Positions 8,580-17,006 of a stretch of DNA of 32,000 nucleotides are shown here, piece by piece. Each line of letters starts with the position of its first letter. Position 1 is the stretch's first letter. The position numbers and the translations under genes are program-made. The stretch is from an uncultured Erysipelotrichaceae bacterium (GTDB lineage Bacteria; Bacillota_I; Bacilli_A; Erysipelotrichales; Erysipelotrichaceae): positions 1,380,001-1,412,000 of the forward strand of contig OW818653.1 of assembly GCA_942492995.1 (NCBI GenBank). Reading direction: 5' to 3'. The notes under the pieces are model-generated. The model did no database searches. It saw only the letters and a list, made by a program, of their open reading frames with translations, and was not told where the DNA came from.

Positions 8580-10349
8580 TTGGCTGATAAAGATTGCGAA
8601 TTAATTATTGAGAATTTCCCAATTGGGTTTATGTATCTAAAAGGCATTCTAGATTCTGAAGGTAATCTCGTCGATTTTAGTGTGGCTCGATTGAATTTAG
8701 AATTTGAAGAAATATTCAAAATAGATCGTAAAACATTAATCAATAAACGATTAAGTCAAACCGAAGAAATAGCACAATTCTATCAGAAGGAATTTATCCC
8801 TGCACTTATCGATATTACAATTTCAAAAGATAAATTAGTATTTAACAAATATAATAAATTATTAGATAAATGGTTCAAAATTTCGTTTTATTCACCTAGA
8901 GATAATGAAATCGCCATATTCTTTTCAGATATTACGCAAAGTATTCAACCATTTACGGATATGAATATTCTATTTAACATTGCGACAGACTTAATCACAA
9001 TCTCTGATTTAACTGGTAAGTATATACAGGTTAATCAAATTTGGACAAACAATTACGGATATGAGATTAACGAAATTGAAAAACATCATGCATGGGAATT
9101 TGTGCCGGCTGATGAATATAATACAATAAAGAATACGTATCAATTACTATCAAATAATCATGTCAATGAGAATGTTAGTTATACGACTCGTTTCCGACAT
9201 AAGAATGGTAACTATAGTTTTATTGAATGGGCATCAAAGAAACAAGGTAATCGCGTTTATTCCGTTGGTCGTGATGTGACAGATCGATTGAATCGTGAGC
9301 GTGAAATTGAATACTTAAGTTTTCATGATGTACTTACTGGTTTATTAAATCGTCGGTTTTTAGAAGAGGAAATGAAACGATTAAATACACCTCGTAATTT
9401 ACCAATATCATTAATTATGTGTGATGTTAATCGCTTAAAACTTATTAATGACGCGTTTGGTCATGAAAAAGGCGATGAATTAATTCGATATACAGCTAAA
9501 GTATTTAAAGAGAGTTGTCGTCCAGAAGATTTAATTGCTCGTTGGGGTGGAGATGAGTTCATAATTTTCTTGCCTAAGACAAGCAATGAAGATGCGAAGA
9601 AGATTGTGGATCGGATTAATATAAACTCTAAGAAGTATGCGATTAATTCAATCGAATTAAGTATTGCCTGTGGTACGAGCACAAAAGATACGAATGAATA
9701 TACAATTCAAGATTTACTTAGAACAGCAGAAGATGCGATGTATCGTGAGAAAACCATTGAGAGTGAACGGAATCGTAAGGATATGATTTCGGTTATCGCT
9801 CAAGCGTTATATCAAAAATCACCATTTGAAGAAGCACATGCGAAACGTGTAAGTATGTTATGTCATTATTTGGCAACCGCTTTAAAATGTTCAAAAGAAG
9901 ATATACAAAAAGCGGAAGTCGCTGGCCTTTTCCATGATATCGGCAAAGTTGCGATTAGTAGTGAAATTCTATTAAAAGATAGTACATTAAATGAAAATGA
10001 ATGGTTGATTGTTAAACAACATACAGAAATTGGCTATAAAGTAATTGGTGATTCATCTGACCTTAGAGATATCGGTCGAGCTGTTTTACATCACCATGAA
10101 CGATATGATGGTAAAGGTTATCCAAGTGGAATGCGATGGGATGAAATCCCGCTTATTTCACGGATTATTAGTTTGGCCGAAACCTTTGATATTATTCATC
10201 AACGAAGTATATCAGAGTCTGAAGATCCGATTGATTTTGTAATAAATGAGTTAAGAAAAAATAAAGAAACTCAGTTTGATCCATTTATTACTGAGATCTT
10301 TATTAAGGATGTTGTTGAGAAATTATATCGACATAAGAATGCTAAATAA
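8580..10349 (+). CDS. PAS/PAS-GGDEF-HD-GYP multidomain c-di-GMP signalling protein (diguanylate cyclase fused to a phosphodiesterase)
   Basis: GGDEF motif RWGGDEFIIFL (GGDEF codons 9546-9560) with an I-site-like RPED five residues upstream. HD-GYP motifs are HDIGK (9933-9938) and HHHERYDGKGYPSG (GYP codons 10116-10124). The N-terminal ~250 aa contain two PAS-like segments. TTG 8580 is preferred because SD GGAGGA lies 6 nt upstream. The track start GTG 8526 has no SD and overlaps a candidate -10 box. Confidence 0.85.
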   Translation: MADKDCELIIENFPIGFMYLKGILDSEGNLVDFSVARLNLEFEEIFKIDRKTLINKRLSQTEEIAQFYQKEFIPALIDITISKDKLVFNKYNKLLDKWFKISFYSPRDNEIAIFFSDITQSIQPFTDMNILFNIATDLITISDLTGKYIQVNQIWTNNYGYEINEIEKHHAWEFVPADEYNTIKNTYQLLSNNHVNENVSYTTRFRHKNGNYSFIEWASKKQGNRVYSVGRDVTDRLNREREIEYLSFHDVLTGLLNRRFLEEEMKRLNTPRNLPISLIMCDVNRLKLINDAFGHEKGDELIRYTAKVFKESCRPEDLIARWGGDEFIIFLPKTSNEDAKKIVDRININSKKYAINSIELSIACGTSTKDTNEYTIQDLLRTAEDAMYREKTIESERNRKDMISVIAQALYQKSPFEEAHAKRVSMLCHYLATALKCSKEDIQKAEVAGLFHDIGKVAISSEILLKDSTLNENEWLIVKQHTEIGYKVIGDSSDLRDIGRAVLHHHERYDGKGYPSGMRWDEIPLISRIISLAETFDIIHQRSISESEDPIDFVINELRKNKETQFDPFITEIFIKDVVEKLYRHKNAK

Positions 10350-10998
10350 ATGATTTTATACAATTGATTCCTACACTAAAATCTTTTACTTCGTTATATA
10401 TTACTAGATTATCTAGATTGATACGATCACGGTCGGGTACGTATATGACATCCACATTCGCTTTATTACACGCTTCTATCCCATTCTTTGAATCTTCGAA
10501 TGCGATGCATTCATCGTGAATGAATCCGGATAACGTTACTGCTTTAAGATACATTTCAGGCGATGGTTTTGATTCTTTTACATCATCTCCATATACCATA
10601 AATTTAAAACGATGAATTAGATTAAAGTGAGTTAGAATTCGACTCGCTTTTTCTTTTGGGGTTGATGTAACTAACGCGAATGGTATTTGTTTAGAATCAA
10701 GAAAATCAAATATTTCATGCACAAATGGTTTTAGATTTACTTCATTCTTAGCCATTTTTAACCAGAATCTTTCATCTCTAATTTTACGTAGATTCAATAC
10801 CTCTTCCATAGAATTGGTATATTGATTAATTGTTTGATTGATGGCTAAATTATTCTTTCCACGCCACGTTAATATTTCTTCTAATTCAATCGGGATATTA
10901 TACTCTTTAAATACTTCATGCCATGCATAGACATAGGTGTATTCACTATCCACAACACATCCATCCATATCGAAAAACACCATTTTTATTGTTTTCAT
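10342..10998 (-). CDS. HAD-IA family hydrolase (beta-phosphoglucomutase / sugar-phosphatase-like)
   Basis: Motif I FFDMDGCVVDSE, motif II VTST, and a C-terminal FEDSKNG. The ATG overlaps the EIIA stop (ATGA at 10995-10998). Confidence 0.8.
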   Translation of the reverse strand: MKTIKMVFFDMDGCVVDSEYTYVYAWHEVFKEYNIPIELEEILTWRGKNNLAINQTINQYTNSMEEVLNLRKIRDERFWLKMAKNEVNLKPFVHEIFDFLDSKQIPFALVTSTPKEKASRILTHFNLIHRFKFMVYGDDVKESKPSPEMYLKAVTLSGFIHDECIAFEDSKNGIEACNKANVDVIYVPDRDRINLDNLVIYNEVKDFSVGINCIKSFI

Positions 10999-11414
10999 AC
11001 AACTTGATTCATTTGAGCATCAATCCCAATGATGTATTCTTTCCCTGTATGGATTACTTTATTAAATAATTCATCAAGATTTAAATGTTCTCTATTTTCA
11101 CATGACTCTAAGATCATCGGTAAATTAACACCGCTAATCATACGAACATCGATTGCGTTCGCTTCGAAGTTTGGATAATTGAATAAAACAGAATTGTATG
11201 GTGATGCGCCAAATAGATCCACAAATACTAAAACACCATCATTTTGATTAACGTGTTGGATAGAAGTATAAACTGATTCTTTAAACGCTTCAAAATCATC
11301 CCCATGTCTTAGACACACCGTTTCAAATTGAGTTTGTTCCCCAATGATGAGTTCACTACTATCACGCAGACCTTCTGCTAAATTACCATGCGTTACGATA
11401 CAAATACCAATCAT
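10995..11414 (-). CDS. PTS mannose/fructose/sorbose-family EIIA component
   Basis: Starts MIGICIVTHGNLAEGL (phosphorylatable His in THG) and is 139 aa. SD AGGAGAG is present. Confidence 0.85.
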   Translation of the reverse strand: MIGICIVTHGNLAEGLRDSSELIIGEQTQFETVCLRHGDDFEAFKESVYTSIQHVNQNDGVLVFVDLFGASPYNSVLFNYPNFEANAIDVRMISGVNLPMILESCENREHLNLDELFNKVIHTGKEYIIGIDAQMNQVV

Positions 11415-11422
11415 GTTCTCTC

Positions 11423-12412
11423 CTATCGACTGACACAGTCAGTATTTATTAAGTGGTTCGGTTTTAACCCATTTGCGACTCTTTCGCAATCATTAACACA
11501 TTTCTCACCCATTCCTCTTAAACATTCGAATGTGTAAGCTGAGATATGCGGTGTAATCACAACATTTTTATTGGTTAATAATGGATGACTCGCATCGATA
11601 GGCTCATTCTCAACCACATCTGCACCATATCCAAAGATATGATTTGATTCTAATGCTTCTAATAGTGCTTCATTATCAACTAATTCTCCACGTGCTGTAT
11701 TTACTATAATCACATTCTTCTTCATTCTTGAAATGACTTCTTTTGAGATGATATGGTAATTATCCTTACTTAAATAAGCGTTGAGGGAAATAATATCAGA
11801 CTCTTCGATTAATCGATCAAACGTAATCGGAGTTACGCCTAATTCACGTAATTGATCATCTGTTATATTTGGATCATACGCTAATACATCACAATCAAAT
11901 CCACCTTTAAGGATTGAACCGACACGAGATCCAATGTTTCCATAGCCAATTACTCCAACAACTTTATTGCGTACTTGATACCCTAAGTATTGCGCGCGGG
12001 TATGCCATTCATTTTGTTTGATGGATTGAATCGCAGGCGTTTGTCTACGTGTAATATTCATCAACAACGCTATCGCATTTTCCGCTACTGCATCTTGTTC
12101 TACTATACCCTCCACAATCGAGACATACGTATGATAATCGGTTGCGGCTTGAACATCGACATTATTGAACCCAATCCCATGTCTAGAAATAATCTTACAT
12201 CCAGGATGATGTTCAAAGAAATCACGTTTAAAGAATGGTGTAACACTTGCGATAATAAAGTTGAAATCCTTTAGCTTATCCGCAAGTTCTTTTCCAGCTA
12301 TATCTTTTGGGAAATGAAAGAACTCTACATCTCCAATGTGTTTTAAACGTTCCAAGTGTTCTGGAAATACTATCCCAAAACTACTCGAATTAACTATCGC
12401 TATACGATTCAT
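11423..12412 (-). CDS. D-isomer-specific 2-hydroxyacid dehydrogenase family, NAD-binding (PGDH / glyoxylate or 2-keto-acid reductase-like)
   Basis: Nucleotide-binding GVIGYGNIGSRVG, and the catalytic triad context NTARG ... DVVENEP ... TPHISA. The ATG overlaps the EIIB stop (ATGA at 12409-12412). Confidence 0.85.
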   Translation of the reverse strand: MNRIAIVNSSSFGIVFPEHLERLKHIGDVEFFHFPKDIAGKELADKLKDFNFIIASVTPFFKRDFFEHHPGCKIISRHGIGFNNVDVQAATDYHTYVSIVEGIVEQDAVAENAIALLMNITRRQTPAIQSIKQNEWHTRAQYLGYQVRNKVVGVIGYGNIGSRVGSILKGGFDCDVLAYDPNITDDQLRELGVTPITFDRLIEESDIISLNAYLSKDNYHIISKEVISRMKKNVIIVNTARGELVDNEALLEALESNHIFGYGADVVENEPIDASHPLLTNKNVVITPHISAYTFECLRGMGEKCVNDCERVANGLKPNHLINTDCVSR

Positions 12413-12900
12413 ACTATTTTTTTCATCCCATCCTCAAAGCTTACCTTTAAACTATCTGGTATTGTTTGGAAAAAGATATCAATTTTTTCTTCTTTTAATT
12501 TCGTTAGATTCACTACATCTTCATCTGTAACATTTACACTTGAAATAACTAACTTAGAATCCTTCTTTTTCGATATCCCACCTACATTCAGAGTATCGAT
12601 AACTAATCCTTTTTGAACTGCTTCATACACGGTATTTATTGATTTGAAGAGTAATAATACTTTATGATCTTCAAAATTCTTTTCGTTCCAATATGAAACA
12701 ACTTCATCAGTACTTAGAGCTTTAATGTGTAATCCAGATCGAGATCCTGAGCTTATATAGATTTGTTTCATGAAATCATCTTTTGCGACTTCGTTATCTA
12801 CGATAAATATCGCATTAATTCCTAATCCTTTTGACCATTTCGTCATAACTTGACCATGGATCAAACGATCATCAATTCGTGTAAGTTGTATTTTACCCAT
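12409..12900 (-). CDS. PTS mannose/fructose/sorbose-family EIIB component
   Basis: Starts MGKIQLTRIDDRLIHGQV (phospho-His motif of EIIB-Man) and is 163 aa. Confidence 0.9.
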   Translation of the reverse strand: MGKIQLTRIDDRLIHGQVMTKWSKGLGINAIFIVDNEVAKDDFMKQIYISSGSRSGLHIKALSTDEVVSYWNEKNFEDHKVLLLFKSINTVYEAVQKGLVIDTLNVGGISKKKDSKLVISSVNVTDEDVVNLTKLKEEKIDIFFQTIPDSLKVSFEDGMKKIV

Positions 12901-12937
12901 TATTTTTACCTCTTTTATTTTAGTGTTATTATCTATT

Positions 12938-13765
12938 TTATAGTATTCCTATTAAGATTAATCCGCAAACAATTAGACTAATTAGAATTAATCCTTTTAG
13001 TAAGTCTAATCCTTTTTTAGACAAATAATAGTACACAATAATAATTAGACCTAATGCTAGAAAACCTTCGATAATATGAACATTCAATACATTTAGATGA
13101 GACAAGAGTTCAATTCGTTTTTGATTAAGATCAATCTGAATATAATTTGCGCCAATAAATCCAAGCAAGATTAATCCAAATATCGATATAACTTCCGTTA
13201 ACATTTGGAATTTCTTTGAACTAACGAGTTCTACGGCAGCCATTCGTCCTTGTACATAACCTAAATACGCAAAGTAATTTCCATATGCGTACGTGCTTAA
13301 TACGAACATAATCCAAGGTATTAATGCGCCAATCAGATAACCATTAAATGCCCAAGGTAGAGCTAGAGTAATAAAGATGTATTGAACTGTCCCTGAGTCT
13401 ACCGCGTCCCCAACACCTGCTAAAACACCCATCAATCCAGTTTTAGTCATATTGATAAATGATTCAGTAATCTCTGTTTCGTTATCTTCTAAATCACGAT
13501 TTAATTGATTGGATTTTAATTCTTCGAGATTATTCACAATCCCTGTAATCGTACCTCCACCCCAAATTGCTTGAGTATTGAAATACGTTAAATGGCGTAA
13601 ATACGCTTCTTTTAAATCATCATTGTTAGTATATAGCTTTCTCAAACTTGGCATCAATGCGTATAAAAGTGAAGGACCTAGTAAATAATCTAAATTATTT
13701 GGTATTTCATTGGAATACCACCAACGATTAAAGGAACGATTAATATCACGCTTAGATAATTTCAT
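12938..13765 (-). CDS. PTS mannose/fructose/sorbose-family EIID component
   Basis: 275 aa from ATG 13765, with SD AAAGGAGGA 7 nt upstream. It has an N-terminal amphipathic KRDINRSFNRWW segment and multiple TM helices. It follows EIIC with a 1-nt gap. Confidence 0.85.
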   Translation of the reverse strand: MKLSKRDINRSFNRWWYSNEIPNNLDYLLGPSLLYALMPSLRKLYTNNDDLKEAYLRHLTYFNTQAIWGGGTITGIVNNLEELKSNQLNRDLEDNETEITESFINMTKTGLMGVLAGVGDAVDSGTVQYIFITLALPWAFNGYLIGALIPWIMFVLSTYAYGNYFAYLGYVQGRMAAVELVSSKKFQMLTEVISIFGLILLGFIGANYIQIDLNQKRIELLSHLNVLNVHIIEGFLALGLIIIVYYYLSKKGLDLLKGLILISLIVCGLILIGIL

Positions 13766-13766
13766 A

Positions 13767-14531
13767 TTAGTTTCCTCCTTTAAGTCGTTCTTTAAATACG
13801 ACATAGAGAATGGATATTACTATACCAAGTGCCGCATAAATAAAAATATTCCCATTGAATGGATTAAATAATAAAGCAATTAAGAATGATCCTATGAAGA
13901 ATACGATATGTCCTGATTTACCCATAATGTGAATAGATAACGCGAATCCAACAAGTGTTAATGCGCCACTAATGATAACAAGATATGGATAGATTATTGT
14001 GCTTGATACATATGTGAGTATACTCGTAGATAAAGGTACAAGTGCGTATAGACTGATAAAGAAAACTGGAATGTATAAGCACAAACTAAACAGTATAGGG
14101 TATAGAATAATAGATTTAAATAATCCAGTATCATTTGTATCATCGACATACTTTTCAGTTAATCGAATTATTTTCGAGTTAATTTTTATACGATACGGAT
14201 AAATATACCCACCTAATACACCAAAAATAAACGCAATTAATACTGCTAATTTGAAATCAACGTTACTAAACAATACGATAGGAATAGCGAACGCTACCGC
14301 TACTGCAGGTTCAGATCGCATAATTCCACCAGGTGCTAAAACACCTAAATAGAGCAATTGGATAATTGCGCTTATTTTAAGTGCGTTTGGTATATCGTTT
14401 AAAATTATTCCACTCATTAAACCCATCATCATCGGTGTGAATCGCAACATTAAGGATGCGTATCCAAACCCTCTTGATAGTATTAATGAAATACATAACG
14501 AAATAAGAAATGCTTGTAGGATTGTGAGCAT
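13767..14531 (-). CDS. PTS mannose/fructose/sorbose-family EIIC component
   Basis: A 254-aa polytopic membrane protein (MLTILQAFLISL...) immediately upstream of EIID. SD AGGAAGG is present. Confidence 0.8.
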   Translation of the reverse strand: MLTILQAFLISLCISLILSRGFGYASLMLRFTPMMMGLMSGIILNDIPNALKISAIIQLLYLGVLAPGGIMRSEPAVAVAFAIPIVLFSNVDFKLAVLIAFIFGVLGGYIYPYRIKINSKIIRLTEKYVDDTNDTGLFKSIILYPILFSLCLYIPVFFISLYALVPLSTSILTYVSSTIIYPYLVIISGALTLVGFALSIHIMGKSGHIVFFIGSFLIALLFNPFNGNIFIYAALGIVISILYVVFKERLKGGN

Positions 14532-14602
14532 AGAGACCTTCCTAATATAAGCTTATGGTTAAAATTATACCTTAATCCGTCATCACTTGCATAAAAATGA
14601 GT

Positions 14603-15547
14603 CTATTTTTTAATAATAGACTCTAGATTTATTCGATTGAAATAATGTAATACATTTAATGCTTTAATCGTAATCATTTTACTTGGTTTCCCTGCTTTTT
14701 CCATTGTGAAATAAGTCAAACCAGAATAGTGAGCATTCACATTCCATCGGTAGTCTTTATGGCGCGATTCTAACCATTTCAATGCACTTTCGAAACGTAT
14801 ATCATACGGATGTTTAGAGTCTGCAAAATACTCGAGTACTCTTAATAAATCGTATCGCCAATAATATGGGAAATGCGTCGAACAATAACGCTCATCAATA
14901 ATCTTATTCGTTTTATCACTGATATAGAGTTGATGAATAAGTAGAAACTCTTCCGCATTTTTTCTTAATTGCTTAACTTCTTCAATACGATAGGTATATC
15001 CTTGTTTTTCATATTCCCATAATCCTTCAATTACACATAAAGTTGAATTGAACGCGCTATGATGTACATTATGTCGATTGAAACTACAGTTAAATCCACC
15101 ATCTTCGATTTTAGCTAATATCAAGTAATCGATAACAGACTTTAAATCATTTATCTGTGCATGATAGTAACATGCGATATTTAGAAACATACCATTTACG
15201 CAACAATCACTCTCATTATGTGTACGTGACGGACTAATGCCTCCATCTTTACATTTCTCTTCATTGAGTATTCGGTTGATTGCGAATTTTATCGACAATG
15301 TTTTGGGATAATTTAAACAACGTAATGTTTGAAGGGTGTAATGGGATGATATCCATTTAGGTGAGTAATACCCATCCCAGTATCCATCATCTTTTTGATA
15401 GGTTAATAAGTCATATCCCCATCCATGATCAAGCATAGTAGCTTGTATGTCCGTTAAAACATTACTTGACGCGTTTAAAATATCTCTTTCTAAACGATAT
15501 TGTACGGATGGGTCTGAATCTTTTAGCCAATTAAAAAGTTCATTCAT
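14603..15547 (-). CDS. Uncharacterised alpha/alpha-toroid repeat protein (prenyltransferase / terpene-cyclase-like DGG/QW-type repeats)
   Basis: Soluble, 314-317 aa, with recurring helix-hairpin repeat tips: LLTYQKDDGYWDG, EEKCKDGGISPS, LAKIEDGGFNCS, WLESRHKDYRWN. There is no signal peptide and no SD. The start is ATG 15547 or GTG 15556. The fold assignment is by motif recall only. Confidence 0.45.
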   Translation of the reverse strand: MNELFNWLKDSDPSVQYRLERDILNASSNVLTDIQATMLDHGWGYDLLTYQKDDGYWDGYYSPKWISSHYTLQTLRCLNYPKTLSIKFAINRILNEEKCKDGGISPSRTHNESDCCVNGMFLNIACYYHAQINDLKSVIDYLILAKIEDGGFNCSFNRHNVHHSAFNSTLCVIEGLWEYEKQGYTYRIEEVKQLRKNAEEFLLIHQLYISDKTNKIIDERYCSTHFPYYWRYDLLRVLEYFADSKHPYDIRFESALKWLESRHKDYRWNVNAHYSGLTYFTMEKAGKPSKMITIKALNVLHYFNRINLESIIKK

Positions 15548-15556
15548 GTTAATCAC

Positions 15557-15585
15557 ATCGTAGAATGAACTTTATAAATTGTCAA
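15557..15585 (-). promoter_or_regulatory. Candidate promoter abutting the start of the toroid-repeat gene
   Basis: The minus strand reads TTGACA (15585-15580), a 17-nt spacer, TACGAT (15562-15557), then directly GTGATTAACATG. The -35 overlaps the degV stop region. Confidence 0.3.
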
Positions 15586-15588
15586 TTA

Positions 15589-16440
15589 TTAATCAATTTG
15601 TACACCAATTCCGATTAATCCAGGACCGGTATGTACACCAAGTGCTGGTGATACTTGACCAATATAGATGGTTCCTTTACCTTCTAATTTATGCACAATA
15701 TTTTCTTTTATTTTTAATGTTTCATCTAACGCATTACCATGAGCTAGCGCTAATGTTGGATTTGCACAATCTTTAACGAAATCCAACGCAATTTCCATAC
15801 AACGATTAATGGATACTTTACGTCCTCTAGCTTTTGCGATGGTTGTATAAATACCATCTTTATCACAGGTAATAATTGGTCTTAAGTCTAATGCATATCC
15901 AATCAATGCCGTAACTTTACCGATACGTCCGCCTTTTTGAAGATATTCTAACGTGTCTAACACAAAGAATACTTTTGTCTTAAGGATTGTTTCTTGAACT
16001 TTAACTTGGAGTTCTTCCCATGATAATCCTTCTTGAACATATTTTGCGGCTCTAATAACAGATAATCCACTTCCTATCCCAATGTTCTTAGTATCAATAA
16101 CTTCCATTGGTAGTTTTGATTCTTTTGCGACAAGTTTCAATACATTACATGTTCCAGATAATCCACTTGATAATACGACCGCTAGGATATGTGTATAGCC
16201 TTGCGCTTCTATCTGACCAATCACATGATCAATATCTTGGCCTAATGGTAGAGAAGTTGTTGGAATTTCTTCTTTTAAACGTTTGTACATTGTGTCCGCA
16301 TCAATATCTACCCCATCTCGATAGCTCTTATCTTTATAATTAACTTGTAGAGGGACAACGAAAATATTCATTTCTTTCGCTATATCATATGGTACATCAC
16401 TTCCTGAATCTGTTAAAATCGCTATTTTTTGCTTAACCAT
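15589..16440 (-). CDS. DegV-family fatty-acid-binding protein
   Basis: Starts MVKQKIAILTDSGSDVP, is 283 aa, and has SD AAAGGAGA. It overlaps the upstream DUF1836 gene by 8 nt, which is the usual pairing. Confidence 0.85.
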   Translation of the reverse strand: MVKQKIAILTDSGSDVPYDIAKEMNIFVVPLQVNYKDKSYRDGVDIDADTMYKRLKEEIPTTSLPLGQDIDHVIGQIEAQGYTHILAVVLSSGLSGTCNVLKLVAKESKLPMEVIDTKNIGIGSGLSVIRAAKYVQEGLSWEELQVKVQETILKTKVFFVLDTLEYLQKGGRIGKVTALIGYALDLRPIITCDKDGIYTTIAKARGRKVSINRCMEIALDFVKDCANPTLALAHGNALDETLKIKENIVHKLEGKGTIYIGQVSPALGVHTGPGLIGIGVQID

Positions 16441-16918
16441 TTAATTCTCCTTTGTCGTTGATCAAATTTCGTGTATAGCGATGAATCGCAAACGAGAGTG
16501 CCGCATAGCGCATTACATTTCGTTCTTTATCTAATTCATCTTTTTCTATAAATGCGGCGATTGCGGTTTTATTAACCATACAATCAATAGAATCTTCTAC
16601 TTCTTGGACAAAGATATTGTACGCAACATCTCTTCCTAAAATTCCCTTCTCCAAGTTAATTCCTCTTACTATCTCAGAAATCTCAAACACATCTTTGAGT
16701 AGCGCGATGATAAAGATATGCGCCAGATGTTTACGTGAATATTTCTTTTTTATTGGGGCAGGAATCAAATTAAGCTTCGTGTAATTATTAATCATAGAAG
16801 CCGTAATCGGACGAACACCTAATGGATTTAAATATAATTCAAGTAGATCTAAGACTTGCTCCTTATATAAATCAATATTTGGTAATTCTTCCCATCTTGG
16901 CAAATGAATTGTGGACAT
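16433..16918 (-). CDS. DUF1836-family protein (DegV-associated)
   Basis: 161 aa with a TASMINNYTKLNLIPAPIKKKYSRKHLAHIFII segment typical of DUF1836, as I recall it. It is conserved as a partner upstream of degV. Confidence 0.65.
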   Translation of the reverse strand: MSTIHLPRWEELPNIDLYKEQVLDLLELYLNPLGVRPITASMINNYTKLNLIPAPIKKKYSRKHLAHIFIIALLKDVFEISEIVRGINLEKGILGRDVAYNIFVQEVEDSIDCMVNKTAIAAFIEKDELDKERNVMRYAALSFAIHRYTRNLINDKGELNG

Positions 16919-16981
16919 AGTATCCTCGCTTATTTCAATAACTATATTATATGATTATCATAACTAGATGCAAGTGTTTGA

Positions 16982-17006
16982 TAAAAAAATAACATATGTA
17001 ATGTTA
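16982..17006 (-). terminator. Weak candidate terminator after the GH13 gene
   Basis: 6-bp AT-rich stem TAACAT / ATGTTA, 5-nt loop, and a 7-nt T-run on the minus strand. It overlaps the stop codon. Confidence 0.35.
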
